The notes: a model not told the origin generated them from the letters alone. 64,000 bases of DNA from Aulosira sp. ZfuVER01 (GCA_034530615.2 JAVRCV020000051.1:1-64000), one strand, 5' to 3'. Counted from the stretch's first letter, positions 1-10,612 are shown. Translations and numbers: made by a program.

Positions 1-13
1 AAGTGAAATCCTT

Positions 14-712
14 TCACTGTAAGAGATTTAACATTTTGGCTAAAGATAAAATTAAATTGTGTCCGCCCGCAGCCGCAATTTCTAAAGCCCGACGGGCATG
101 AGCTTGTCCTTTAACGTCTTGTAAATCTACACTGCGAGAATGTACAGTAGCACCATGACTAGCCACGACAGTTTTATCCAGTTGCACTGGTTTGTGGCGT
201 AAGGGATTATTTAATAAATCAGCCACCTCAGATAAATTTTTACAGCCGTAAACAGTTAACCCTTCCACAACTGCTGCTTCTTGAGCATTATCAATTGGGA
301 CAACCAAACCTGTAATTCCCATCTTTTGCGCAGTAGCCGCAATGGGTAACACACCCGCCACAGGACGGAGACTCCCATCTAAGGAAACCTCACCCAAGAA
401 TAAATAATCACCTAACAAATCGGCATTAATTTGCTCAGAAGCCGCCATAATGCCCACGCTAATGGGCAAATCAAAACTAGGCCCTTCCTTACGTAAATCA
501 GCCGGAGTTAAGTTAATTACAATCTTGCGCATCGGAAAGGCAAAACCAGCGTTCTTCAACGTCGCTTTCACCCGTTCCTTTGATTCCTGAACTGCTGAAT
601 CTGGTAGTCCCAAGACAACAATTCCTGGCAAACCTCCGGATACATCGACCTCCACACCTACTTTTATGGCATCGATGCCCACAATTGATGCACTCCAGAC
701 TCTAGCAAGCAT
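14..712 (-). pseudogene. comM: ComM/YifB Mg-chelatase-like AAA+ ATPase, 5' part only; interrupted just before Walker A
   Basis: Typical N-terminus (VEVDVSGGLPGIVVLGLPD, NLTPADLRKEGPSFDLPI, DVKGQAHARRALEIAAAGGHNLI), then unrelated LSLAKMLNLLQ* instead of the expected GPPGSGKT; 232 aa versus about 500 aa for full-length members. Confidence 0.85.
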
Positions 713-761
713 TTCTTATATCAGAGTAAACCTTTAAAATCTCTAGCAGATGAGTAAGTAA

Positions 762-1118
<357 letters not shown>

Positions 1119-1164
1119 TTTAGAAGCTTTTTCGTTAAGTAAATCTCCTGCTTCGTTTTCGTCT

Positions 1165-1279
1165 CGCCTTGGAATCAATTCCAAGGCTAATAGCTCAAGT
1201 CTACTGAAGTAGACTCAACAAAGATTTCAGTCCACTTGAGTGGACTTAGACTATTAGCCCGGAACTTCAGTTCTGGGCG
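1165..1279. repeat. REPIN/MITE-like multi-hairpin element
   Basis: Four internal palindromes (ccttggaatcaattccaagg; agtctactgaagtagact; agtccacttgagtggact; cccggaacttcagttctggg) joined by complementary arms ctaatag/ctattag, between convergent genes. Confidence 0.75.
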
Positions 1280-1309
1280 GGATGACAGTTAGCGCGATCG
1301 CATTCAATT

Positions 1310-2014
1310 TCAGGAGGTAAAATCGGGTAAATCATTGCATTTATTCAAAATAAATAAACTACCATCACCTCCGCGTCCAATTCTGAATGTTTCATCTAAA
1401 TAAGTAATGTCGAGAGTAGCAACTCTCTCCCTAGGATTCTTTGCTGGCATAACCTTATATGGATTAAGTTGAGGGGTGTTAATGCCGACAATTTTCTCAA
1501 TTGCTAAATAACGTGTGTCGAAATAGACGTTGATGCGTTTGTGTGCTGGCGGCGATACCTCTTCTTGAGCAGGTTCAAAACTAGCTGTTAATTTGACATA
1601 TCCTGAGATTATTCCTAGAAAATGCCGAACTTTTGCGAGATTGAAAAAGGATTTATTGGCAACATCAATCACTTGATAAACTTTCCCCACTTTCAACCCC
1701 AATGGTAGAGAAGCTAAAGAACGAATTTCTCTGGCTGTGGAGTATTTTAGCTGCCAAGCTCCATCCAGCAAAGCAGTAGCATTGAGTAGTGGATAAGGAT
1801 TAGGATTGACGCTTTCTAATTCCGTCGCCAATTGTTCAATTTCTGCGGCTAAGGTTTCTTCTAGCTGCAAATTCGTCACAGGGCCATCGCTGTTGGGTTG
1901 AATCTTCTCAAGCGAGGCTTGTAATTTTTCCTTCAAGAAGAGTCGATTGTTCAAGATTGATTGATTTTCCTTTGATAGCCTATGGATTTTATTGAAAGCG
2001 ACGGGAAATTCCAT
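1310..2014 (-). CDS. PAP/fibrillin family protein (true start may be the TTG at 1954)
   Basis: LESVNPNPYPL, LLDGAWQLKYST, LDITYLDETFRIGRGGDGSLFIL. Confidence 0.9.
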   Translation of the reverse strand: MEFPVAFNKIHRLSKENQSILNNRLFLKEKLQASLEKIQPNSDGPVTNLQLEETLAAEIEQLATELESVNPNPYPLLNATALLDGAWQLKYSTAREIRSLASLPLGLKVGKVYQVIDVANKSFFNLAKVRHFLGIISGYVKLTASFEPAQEEVSPPAHKRINVYFDTRYLAIEKIVGINTPQLNPYKVMPAKNPRERVATLDITYLDETFRIGRGGDGSLFILNKCNDLPDFTS

Positions 2015-2053
2015 CTCCTAAGTGGGTAGAGAGGGATAGTCGCCCCGTCGCTT

Positions 2054-2384
2054 GGGGCATTGGGCATTGGGCATTGGTAACTTCTTCCCCATGCCCTATC
2101 GCGTACTATTCCCAATATTGGCTCTAAGAAAATACTACTTTTGGGTGCTGTGGTAAGCAATCAGAATTTTGACCTATATCAAACTTAATTCTTTACTGAC
2201 TATGCTTTCCACGCGATCGCACTTCTAAACCATTGTATTTTAGGAACGCCGGAATAAGCTTTTTCTCCCTTGTCTCCCTTGTCTCCCTTGTCCCCCTTGT
2301 CCCATTTCTCCCCACACTTCCCACACTCCCCACACTCCCCACACTTCCCACACTCCCCACACTCCCTTGCCCCCCTGTCCCCTT
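2054..2384. repeat. STRR arrays (GGCATTG; CCCCTTGTC; CCCCACACT)
   Basis: Tandem 7- and 9-mers at 2054-2077 and 2265-2384. Confidence 0.9.
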
Positions 2385-2414
2385 CTAATGCTAGAAATTG
2401 GAAAGGAGCATGAA

Positions 2415-3629
2415 ATGGGTAAAACAACTATGATTGCACAGGGGCCACAAGTACAACGAATGCATCCACGCGATTGGTCATGGCCGTTTTGGCCTGCTGT
2501 ACCACTCTACCCCTACGGCAAACGACGGACAGTTTGCACTGAAGTAGTAAAGGATACTATTTGGACATTCGACCAGTTGCACGGCATTCTCTACACCATC
2601 GTGCCCATTCGGATGACTGTAGTCAAGTTGGAAGCAGGGGGTTTGCTTGTATATGCACCTGTTGCACCAACTCCTGAGTGTATCCGTCTGATTAAGGAGT
2701 TAGTGGCACAGTATGGAGATGTTAAATACATTATCCTGCCTACTAGTTCGGGTTTAGAACATAAGGTCTTTGTTGGCCCCTTTGCTAGACAATTTCCCCA
2801 AGCGCAGGTATTCGTCGCTCCTCACCAGTGGAGTTTTCCCGTAAACTTACCCCTGAGTTGGCTGGGTTTTCCTCAAACACGCACCCAGGAAATCCCAGAA
2901 GACAACAGCCAAGTCCCTTTCAGCGATGAATTTGACTATGCGGTGTTAGATATCAATTTAGGACGGGGATCGTTTGGTGAAGTGGCAGTTTTTCATAAGC
3001 GATCGCATACTTTATTACTCACGGATACCATACTTTCTGTACCAGAAGATCCACCTGCGATCGCCCAGTTAGATCCCTACCCTTTACTATTTCATGCCAG
3101 AGAAAATGCTGCGGAGGACATTGAAGATAATCAAGCAAATCGCCGCAAAGGATGGCAACGTATCTGTTTGTTTGCGATCTACTTTCGTCCCAGCGCCTTA
3201 GAAGTGACTGGATTGAGGCAGATGTTGGGCGATTTTATCAAAGCACCGAATCGCTCAAAAAAAGCTTATTTTGGGTTATATCCCTTCAATTGGCAAGAAA
3301 ATTGGCAGCAGTCATTTGCAAACCTCCGAGGCGATGGGCGTCCCTTTGTCGCGCCAATTTTGCAAACCCTGATTCTTCCCCAAGATCCAAAACAAGTACT
3401 TGACTGGGCTGATAAAGTTGCAAGTTGGGATTTTCAGCAGATTATTAGCTGCCATTTTGACTCGCCAATCAAGACAAATCCCCACCAATTTCGCCAAGCA
3501 TTCGCTTTTTTGGAGAAGAATGCATTCGTCAACCAACCCCTACCAGAGGAAGACGTGCGATTTATCAAAGAACTTGAAGCTGGTTTACTTAAGGGTGGTA
3601 TTGCTACACCACCTAAAGAGAAAGTATAA
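2415..3629 (+). CDS. DUF4336 family protein
   Basis: DWSWPFWPAVPLYPYGKRRT, PIRMTVVKL..GGLLVYAPVAPT, GLEHK; AAGGAG ribosome-binding site before ATG 2415. Confidence 0.85.
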   Translation: MGKTTMIAQGPQVQRMHPRDWSWPFWPAVPLYPYGKRRTVCTEVVKDTIWTFDQLHGILYTIVPIRMTVVKLEAGGLLVYAPVAPTPECIRLIKELVAQYGDVKYIILPTSSGLEHKVFVGPFARQFPQAQVFVAPHQWSFPVNLPLSWLGFPQTRTQEIPEDNSQVPFSDEFDYAVLDINLGRGSFGEVAVFHKRSHTLLLTDTILSVPEDPPAIAQLDPYPLLFHARENAAEDIEDNQANRRKGWQRICLFAIYFRPSALEVTGLRQMLGDFIKAPNRSKKAYFGLYPFNWQENWQQSFANLRGDGRPFVAPILQTLILPQDPKQVLDWADKVASWDFQQIISCHFDSPIKTNPHQFRQAFAFLEKNAFVNQPLPEEDVRFIKELEAGLLKGGIATPPKEKV

Positions 3630-3652
3630 AAGTAGGCATTTTTCAATAATTC

Positions 3653-4036
3653 TCAGCGTACAAATCCAGCAACGTGATTTTCATACTTTTTGCTGAGAAC
3701 GTTGAATTGGCTCACCCATTCTTCTGCTTCTGCACTCAGTTTACCGAAAACCTTCATATCAATCGGTTTCACAGTGGTAACAAACTGTTGAAATTCTGGC
3801 CATGCTGTCATCATATTGATATGCTGCATGATTTGGCTGCGATCGGCAAAGGTAAGAATTGCGCCCAACTCAGTTGATTCTGGATTGGCATAAAACTGCA
3901 AAGTTACAAGTGCCTTAATCCCTTCAGTCTCCAGCCGTCGCGCTAGCGCCTGAGAGGCGATCGCATAGTCTTCAAAAGATTTTGTTAGCTTTAGTACTTC
4001 AACAAGGGTGACGTGTTCACTGGCTGATGAATTCAT
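3653..4036 (-). CDS. Hypothetical protein, possibly a dimeric alpha/beta barrel (ABM-like)
   Basis: Clean 127-aa ORF between recognisable genes; fold call is tentative. Confidence 0.6.
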   Translation of the reverse strand: MNSSASEHVTLVEVLKLTKSFEDYAIASQALARRLETEGIKALVTLQFYANPESTELGAILTFADRSQIMQHINMMTAWPEFQQFVTTVKPIDMKVFGKLSAEAEEWVSQFNVLSKKYENHVAGFVR

Positions 4037-4219
4037 AAAAATATGCCATCTGCGAACCTCAGAACTTCATGATACAAGATACTGGGAGAAAATCTTCAAA
4101 TGTTTAGGATTAAGTATTCTAAGCAGAAATTAAGATTTGCCAACAATGGAGAGTAAAGCGCTAGATATTCAGTATCAATAAAGAGCGATCGCTAACATAC
4201 TGTATAAACTTATCTCAAA

Positions 4220-5236
4220 ATGTCTGACCAACCTTCACCTCCTTCACCAGCACATTTTTTTAACACAGTTAATTCTTACCAACAGACAGCAGCTATTAAA
4301 GCAGCAGTGGAATTAGAAGTTTTTACTGCCATCGGTTCTGGAATTGAGTCAGCTGCATCACTGGCACAAAAGTGCCAAGCTTCAGAACGTGGTATGCGAA
4401 TGTTATGTGATTATTTAACAATTATTGGCTTTTTAATCAAGGAAACAGCCGGATATAAACTAACGCCTGATTCAGCAAAGTTTTTGGATAAAAAAAGTCC
4501 TGCTTATGCAGGAGATGTAATGGAATTTCTCTTGTCTGACACCATAACTCAAGCTTTTGCAAACCTCACAAATGCTGTGCGTCAGGGAGGAACTGCTCTG
4601 TCTTCTAAAGGCACTTTAGAAAGCGAACATCCAGTCTGGGTAAGATTTGCACGAGCGATGTCAAGTATGATGAGAATGCCAGCAAAATTAATTGCTCAAC
4701 TTGTCAATGGAGATAATCAAAATCAGATCAAAGTGTTAGATATTGCAGCCAGTCATGGCTTATTTGGTATTGCTTTTGCGCAACAAAACCCGAATGCAGA
4801 GATTGTTGCTCTGGATTGGCAACCTGTGTTAGAGGTAGCAAAAGAAAATGCAATTAATGCAGGAGTGGGAGAGCGTTTTCGGACAATTCCTGGGAGCGCA
4901 TTTGATGTAGATTATGGTAGAGATTACGACATAATTTTACTACCTAATTTCTTGCATCACTTTGATATCCCCACTTGCGAACAATTGTTGCGAAAAATTC
5001 ACGCTGCTTTGACAGAGAATGGCAGAGTGATGACATTTGAGTTTATACCCGATAGCGATCGCATTAATCCTCCCGACGCTGCTGCTTTTAGTCTGACAAT
5101 GTTAGCAACAACCCCACAAGGCGATGCTTATACCTTTGCAGAGTATGAGCAGATGTTTGCTAATGCTGGTTTTGGGCGTAGCGAACTGCATTCAATTCCA
5201 CCTCTTTTCCAGCGAATTGTAATTTCGTATAAGTAA
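4220..5236 (+). CDS. SAM-dependent O-methyltransferase with dimerisation domain
   Basis: AIKAAVELEVFTAI, VLDIAASHGLFG, LLPNFLHHFD. Confidence 0.92.
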   Translation: MSDQPSPPSPAHFFNTVNSYQQTAAIKAAVELEVFTAIGSGIESAASLAQKCQASERGMRMLCDYLTIIGFLIKETAGYKLTPDSAKFLDKKSPAYAGDVMEFLLSDTITQAFANLTNAVRQGGTALSSKGTLESEHPVWVRFARAMSSMMRMPAKLIAQLVNGDNQNQIKVLDIAASHGLFGIAFAQQNPNAEIVALDWQPVLEVAKENAINAGVGERFRTIPGSAFDVDYGRDYDIILLPNFLHHFDIPTCEQLLRKIHAALTENGRVMTFEFIPDSDRINPPDAAAFSLTMLATTPQGDAYTFAEYEQMFANAGFGRSELHSIPPLFQRIVISYK

Positions 5237-5375
5237 CTAAGTGTCAGCGTTAAAAATTGTAGTTATGCAAAGGCAGAAGGCAAACGAGTTTGACTATTTA
5301 TAGCGGGTGGCGCGTCGCTCGTGGGGTGTTTTTTAGATACAAGCGATCGCTTGTGGATTTAAAATCTGAAGTGGA

Positions 5376-5410
5376 GCATAGACGCGCAACGGCTTGTTCT
5401 CAGACATCGC
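5376..5410. repeat. Short dispersed repeat inserted in a degenerate HIP1 site
   Basis: GCA-[TAGACGCGCAACGGCTTGTTCTCAGAC]-ATCGC resembles an element splitting GCG|ATCGC. Confidence 0.55.
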
Positions 5411-5547
5411 CTTGAAAACATTATCATTCCACCTCAGAACTGGTAGTGTCGAGTTCAAAACACTTAAAGTTAGAAATCCGTGATTAGAGATACACTAAAT
5501 ATCATCAATATTTCAGCATACATAACCAATAAATTTTACTAATTCCT

Positions 5548-8322
5548 ATGACTCAAAGCCAAGATAATCAACCCGCTTGGTGGGAATCGGTACAAAAAAT
5601 TTTAGATAACAAATTGGTTGGGTGGGGTATACCGGGTATTTTTGTTGCTATTGCTGCCGATCATGCTAAAAATGCCCGATGGCAAGAGTTTGCTATCTTT
5701 TTAGGAATCACCTTTATTGTCGCGCTCATCATTAGAATTGGCAGCAAGCTTCTTCCCTATTTCGATAAATTTCTGGACTGGTTACTTGCTACTCAAATTC
5801 CTAAATGGTGGACAACAATTACAGATAAGTTTGGAGCAGAGTATCTTGCTAGACTAACGGCTGAATGTAAAGAATACCAGGGACGCGGATTTAGTGGGGA
5901 AGGACTGGATCTGGAAAATGTGTTTGTCCCCTTGGGCTTTAATTCCGAAACCCCAGTGTATAATCCTCAAGATTTGACCTCTGGTGATGAAACTGAGCCA
6001 GAGCAAAACGAGCAAACACTAACTTCTAGAAGCATTACTACTCAACAGGAAAGTGAAATTGGCAGTTTGCTGAGAGGGATTACGAAAAAAAAATCGGCGT
6101 GGCGAAGACTGGTGATTTTAGGCGCGCCTGGTTCAGGAAAAACCACACTTTTACGACATATCACGCTGCTGTTTGCTCTGCGAAAACAATCACAATTGTA
6201 TCGGGGTTTGCCTCAACTTGTTCCTGTTTTGTTGAGATTGAGAGATGTTGCTCCTGCCATTGTTGCAGATGATAATTTCTCTCTAGCGCAAGTAATTGCT
6301 AAGGCGATGGGAGATGAATCATCAAAAATTCAGCAGTGGTTTAACAAGCAGTTGAAAGACGGCAAGTGTCTAGTAATGTTAGATGGACTCGATGAAATTG
6401 CAGATGATGAGCAGCGAAAGCAGGTAAGCGCTTGGGTTTCTCAGCAACTTCAACATTATCAGCATAAATTACCATTCATTTTGACATCGCGCCCACAAGC
6501 TTACAATCAAGCTCCTCTGCCAGATACCCCAGCTTATTTTGTGCGGTCATTCAACACCGAACAGCGCAATAGGTTTCTTTTCAATTGGTATTTTAATTTA
6601 GAAAAACGGAGAAATTCTGGAGGGCGATCGCAAAAGCAACTGAAGAACATTGCCGAGTCTAAAAGAAATGACTTAGTGCGGCAAATTGATGCAGTTCCGA
6701 CCCTGCGCTTGATGGCAACAAATCCGCTATTACTAGCATTAATTATTAACACCTACAAGCAGAAAACAAGCCTTTCTCCAACTCGAACAGGACTTTATAA
6801 ACAAGTTTGTGATGTGCTTCTCCAAGGACGACAAACTCCTTCTGGAAGATTTAGCCAATATCCTCTCAAACCAGAGCAAAAGCAAGAAGCGTTACAAGCA
6901 CTCGCACTAGAGATGACCAAACGCCAAGTTCTTCAGTTTACGCTAGATGAGAGAAATCAGGACAGTAATGTTTTTCTAGCAAAAGACTTTCTTCAGGCAG
7001 AACTAGCTCAGATGGTTGAGGCGGGAAGAGAGTTTAAACCAAAAGATTTTATTGAAAGAGATGATATCGGTGTACGAGAACTGTTGAGCGATCGCAAACA
7101 AGAGAAACTCTATGAATTTACCCATCGCACCTTTCAGGAATATTTAACGGCGGTTGAACTCACAAAGGCAGAACATGAGCCTGATGTATTAGCAGTTTTT
7201 ACCAAAGATGAAAAATACCTCGATTGGTGGAGACAAACCATTTTGTTCTATGCAGGTCAGGTGAAAGTAGATAAACTGATTGATGCTGCATTGAATAACC
7301 CAACTGTAGCCACCCTCACCCTTGCTTACGAGTGTTTGCAGAATAAACTCCGAGTTAGTCCAGAGAAAGAACAGGAACTACTGAGCAAAGTAGAACAGGG
7401 GTTGAAGTCGGATGATGTCGAAGTTTTTAAGTTAGCAGCATCAGTGCAACTGGAAAAACGGCTATACCACCTTAACGAAGATTGTTTTCTAGGAAGTTCA
7501 GAAAAAGAAGACCAGCCTGCGATCGCAACAACAGAAATAGGACACAAAATCTGGGCAGGACAAGTGGTGGATGATACTGAGATTACTGAGGCAGAATATC
7601 GGCTGTTTCTGTTAGAGACAACCAAGGCAAGCAACAGCGACCTATTTTTAGAAATTAAACTAGATGAAATTGATTTTGCACAAGGCAATGCATTTTGTGC
7701 CTGGTTAATTGAAAGAACTAGAGAACGATTTGGTGAGGCAGGAATCTGTTATGTATGGGAGGAAATATCAACAGATCCAAGAGAAAGTTTACCAGTTACA
7801 TACCACTTAGTTCGGTTTCGCATACCCGAAAAGTATCATCAACTTGCTTACTATCTAGCAGCAGGTATGTGGAAAGAAGCTGATGAGGAAACATTTAAGG
7901 TGATGCTAGAAGTAGCAGGACTAGAAAGTGAGGGATATTTAGGCTTGAATGATATGCTCCAATTTCCCTCTGAAGATTTACGAGTGATTGATCGTCTGTG
8001 GGTACAGTATAGTAACGGCAAATTTGGCTTTAGCGTTCAAAAACGCATTTGGCTAGAGGTTGGTGGGTGGTTAGAGGGAGAACAACGCCAATTCTGGTTA
8101 CGGCGATCGCTATCAAATTTGGGTGTTAAACTATGGAACAACGATGATTTCATAATATGGAAAAAATTTTGCGAGCAAGTTGGATGGATTGATGAGAAAG
8201 GAAAAGAGACGTATAAGCAAGGGTGTCTGCCCCAAAAAATCCATAATCATAATGATAAGGTACGAGGTATTTTTATTTTTAGTGATTTAGGTGATTTAGT
8301 TTTTAGGCTAGAATCGAGGTAA
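5548..8322 (+). CDS. NACHT (STAND) NTPase with N-terminal hydrophobic segments and C-terminal GUN4 domain
   Basis: Walker A GAPGSGKTT, Walker B LDGLDE, ILTSRP, NPLLL, FTHRTFQEYLTA; GUN4 motif WKEADEET...DLRVIDRLWVQYSNGKFGFSVQKRIW. Confidence 0.92.
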   Translation: MTQSQDNQPAWWESVQKILDNKLVGWGIPGIFVAIAADHAKNARWQEFAIFLGITFIVALIIRIGSKLLPYFDKFLDWLLATQIPKWWTTITDKFGAEYLARLTAECKEYQGRGFSGEGLDLENVFVPLGFNSETPVYNPQDLTSGDETEPEQNEQTLTSRSITTQQESEIGSLLRGITKKKSAWRRLVILGAPGSGKTTLLRHITLLFALRKQSQLYRGLPQLVPVLLRLRDVAPAIVADDNFSLAQVIAKAMGDESSKIQQWFNKQLKDGKCLVMLDGLDEIADDEQRKQVSAWVSQQLQHYQHKLPFILTSRPQAYNQAPLPDTPAYFVRSFNTEQRNRFLFNWYFNLEKRRNSGGRSQKQLKNIAESKRNDLVRQIDAVPTLRLMATNPLLLALIINTYKQKTSLSPTRTGLYKQVCDVLLQGRQTPSGRFSQYPLKPEQKQEALQALALEMTKRQVLQFTLDERNQDSNVFLAKDFLQAELAQMVEAGREFKPKDFIERDDIGVRELLSDRKQEKLYEFTHRTFQEYLTAVELTKAEHEPDVLAVFTKDEKYLDWWRQTILFYAGQVKVDKLIDAALNNPTVATLTLAYECLQNKLRVSPEKEQELLSKVEQGLKSDDVEVFKLAASVQLEKRLYHLNEDCFLGSSEKEDQPAIATTEIGHKIWAGQVVDDTEITEAEYRLFLLETTKASNSDLFLEIKLDEIDFAQGNAFCAWLIERTRERFGEAGICYVWEEISTDPRESLPVTYHLVRFRIPEKYHQLAYYLAAGMWKEADEETFKVMLEVAGLESEGYLGLNDMLQFPSEDLRVIDRLWVQYSNGKFGFSVQKRIWLEVGGWLEGEQRQFWLRRSLSNLGVKLWNNDDFIIWKKFCEQVGWIDEKGKETYKQGCLPQKIHNHNDKVRGIFIFSDLGDLVFRLESR

Positions 8323-8345
8323 AAATATTCATCTATAAGTGACAG

Positions 8346-8738
8346 ATGACTCAAATTACTATTAATTTACCTGAAGCTTTAGTTGAATCTGCTCAACGTC
8401 TAGGAAAAGTTACAGCGCGAGAGCTATCAGAAGTTTTAGTTGATACGCTGGAAATCATCTTACCTGCTTTTAATAATCTCACAGAAATTAGCAATCATGG
8501 TGAAGTTTCTCTTCTTACAGATGCCGAAGTCATTGAATTAGCTAATTTAAAAATGGATGTAGTCCAGAATCAACGTTTGGGAGAACTACAAGCTAAGGGT
8601 AAAAATACAGGATTGACGGAAGCTGAAGGATATGAATTATTAGTTTTAATGTCAATTTACCAAATGGGACAATTAAGAAAATCAATGGCGTTAGCTGAAG
8701 CAGTTAGAAGAGGACTTAGAGAGCCTTTATTACCATGA
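8346..8738 (+). CDS. Small RHH-like (antitoxin-like) protein coupled to an HNH gene
   Basis: MTQITINLPEALV N-terminus; QLRKSMALAEAVRRGL C-terminus; stop overlaps the next ATG (ATGA at 8735). Confidence 0.7.
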   Translation: MTQITINLPEALVESAQRLGKVTARELSEVLVDTLEIILPAFNNLTEISNHGEVSLLTDAEVIELANLKMDVVQNQRLGELQAKGKNTGLTEAEGYELLVLMSIYQMGQLRKSMALAEAVRRGLREPLLP

Positions 8739-9164
8739 GTTTTCTCTTTTGAAAGTTTACGCCAAAGGGTTAGATAACGAGCAGAAAATCGCTGTGAATA
8801 TTGCCTTAGTCACCAAGATTATATTATGGGCAGACTGCAAATTGATCATATCTATCCCTTAGCTAAAGGAGGGATTAATACGGAAGATAATTTATGTTTA
8901 GCCTGTGAATTATGCAATCAATATAAGTGGAAACAAACTGAAGGTTTAGATCCTGAATCTGGCAAGGTAGTTTCTTTATTTAATCCCCGCAATCAAGAAT
9001 GGAAAGAACATTTTACTTGGAGTGCAGAGGGAACAGAAATTATTGGGATAACGGCTTGCGGTCGGGCAAGAATTGTAGCTTTAAGATTAAATAATAATTT
9101 GGCTGTTATTGTACGTAAAAATTGGGTTCAAGCTGGTTGGCATCCACCAGATGATACGAAATAA
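8735..9164 (+). pseudogene. HNH endonuclease with a 5' frameshift and nonsense codon
   Basis: ESLRQRVR*RAENRCEYC...IDHIYPLAKGG...NLCLACELCN...LFNPR; TAA at 8775-8777; ATG 8735 is out of frame with the body. Confidence 0.85.
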
Positions 9165-9345
9165 CCCAAACTCAGCAGCAAACAAATTGAGCCAAACTCA
9201 TCTCCTAACCAAATAGCGATCGCACTTCGTGGAGAATTTATATTTAGCGATCGCTATAACTGATATTTGGGTACTCCTTGAAACTCACGTAGGTGGGTTT
9301 TGTCTGTGTAGGCGCGATTTCCAATTGCTGGGTGTTTTTAATACA

Positions 9346-10494
9346 TCACCGCAGATCATTTTTCACCCAGTTGTGATTAATCGTAATTCCTCGGCTCTCC
9401 ATTGTTTGCACAAATAAATCTGTTGGTAGTGCTGCTTCTACAGGTGCAACTCCTGGCTTTTTCAGTTTACCTTCAAGTATCAATTGAGCGATACTACCTG
9501 TGCCACAACCAGAAGCCAAAGCTGTATTTTCATAGACTAAATCTGCACAATAAATACCTGTTTTACCATCTTTTCGCCCTGTAACTTCTGACCGTACTGC
9601 TACACCAATTCCCGTAAAAGGATTAGTAACATCTGTCATAAAATGACTGACATGAGATAAAAATTCGATCGCGCTCCTACGTTGCATTAATGCTTTAGGA
9701 AAGATATGGGCTGCTATCCAAGTTAAGTGATTATAAAAATCGGGTATTGAACCGAACTTTGTAATTACCGTTTTAATTGATGGGAAAGAGTATGGCATTG
9801 TGAAAGTTTCCGGCATATCAAACCAGTAAACTCCACTGCGCCCATAGGGAGATGGAAAATTAATAGTTTCGCGTTCGCTGTAGGGTTTAACTAACTCCCA
9901 CTTGCCATTTATCCAAGCCTCAAAAGGATGCTGCAAACCTAAAAAAGTGGTGCGCATAACTGTCACGCCAGCACCACCAGAACCAGACACTAAATAACTG
10001 AGATGGATTTTTTCTGGTTTGTCAAATTGCTCGACACATTGCCGAACCATACTATTAGAAATCCCAGGAAAAATTCCCGTATTAATAATTGCCGTGACAT
10101 TAGCCGCAACAGCTTGTTCGTTAAACTTTAAAGCCTTACTAGTATAAGAACGGTGATCGCTAACATCTAGATAGTTAACGCCTTGTTCAATGCAAATTTG
10201 TATAACATTAGTGTCTCGGTAGTGAAAAGGGCCAGCACAGTGAATGACTAAATCAGAATTTGCGATCGCCTCCCGCAGTTTGTCAACTTCCGCCAAGTCC
10301 AACACCAAAAACTGCACTTGTGTTCCTAAAGTCCAGTTACTTTTGCCACTGAGCCACCTGGCATCTTCGTTCCCCTCAGCCACTGGGTAACGTCCGGTAA
10401 TCGTAATTTGTGCTTGGGTGTGGGTGGCTAGATCCTGAGCAACACTGCTACCAATCCTACCCCTACCTCCAAGAATTAAAACGCGGTTTGTCAT
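9346..10494 (-). CDS. Saccharopine dehydrogenase-like oxidoreductase
   Basis: VLILGGRGRIG, HCAGPF, NYLDVSD, TGIFPGISN. Confidence 0.9.
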   Translation of the reverse strand: MTNRVLILGGRGRIGSSVAQDLATHTQAQITITGRYPVAEGNEDARWLSGKSNWTLGTQVQFLVLDLAEVDKLREAIANSDLVIHCAGPFHYRDTNVIQICIEQGVNYLDVSDHRSYTSKALKFNEQAVAANVTAIINTGIFPGISNSMVRQCVEQFDKPEKIHLSYLVSGSGGAGVTVMRTTFLGLQHPFEAWINGKWELVKPYSERETINFPSPYGRSGVYWFDMPETFTMPYSFPSIKTVITKFGSIPDFYNHLTWIAAHIFPKALMQRRSAIEFLSHVSHFMTDVTNPFTGIGVAVRSEVTGRKDGKTGIYCADLVYENTALASGCGTGSIAQLILEGKLKKPGVAPVEAALPTDLFVQTMESRGITINHNWVKNDLR

Positions 10495-10612
10495 GAGTAC
10501 TGATGGTCAAAACTAGATTTATTGCAACAATTTTTAGTTGTGCTTGTCACCGGCAACAAGTAAGACTTGGTGATGATGCAGGTAGTAGTTGAGGGAGTGG
10601 AAGGGGGCAAGG

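Noticed and set aside
2200..2427. ORF with CGECGKC repeats resembling a metal-binding protein
   Set aside because: Translation of STRR 9-mers; the same artefact explains ORFs at 10491-10732, 11317-11733, 16508-16938, 25729-25953 and 36594-37043
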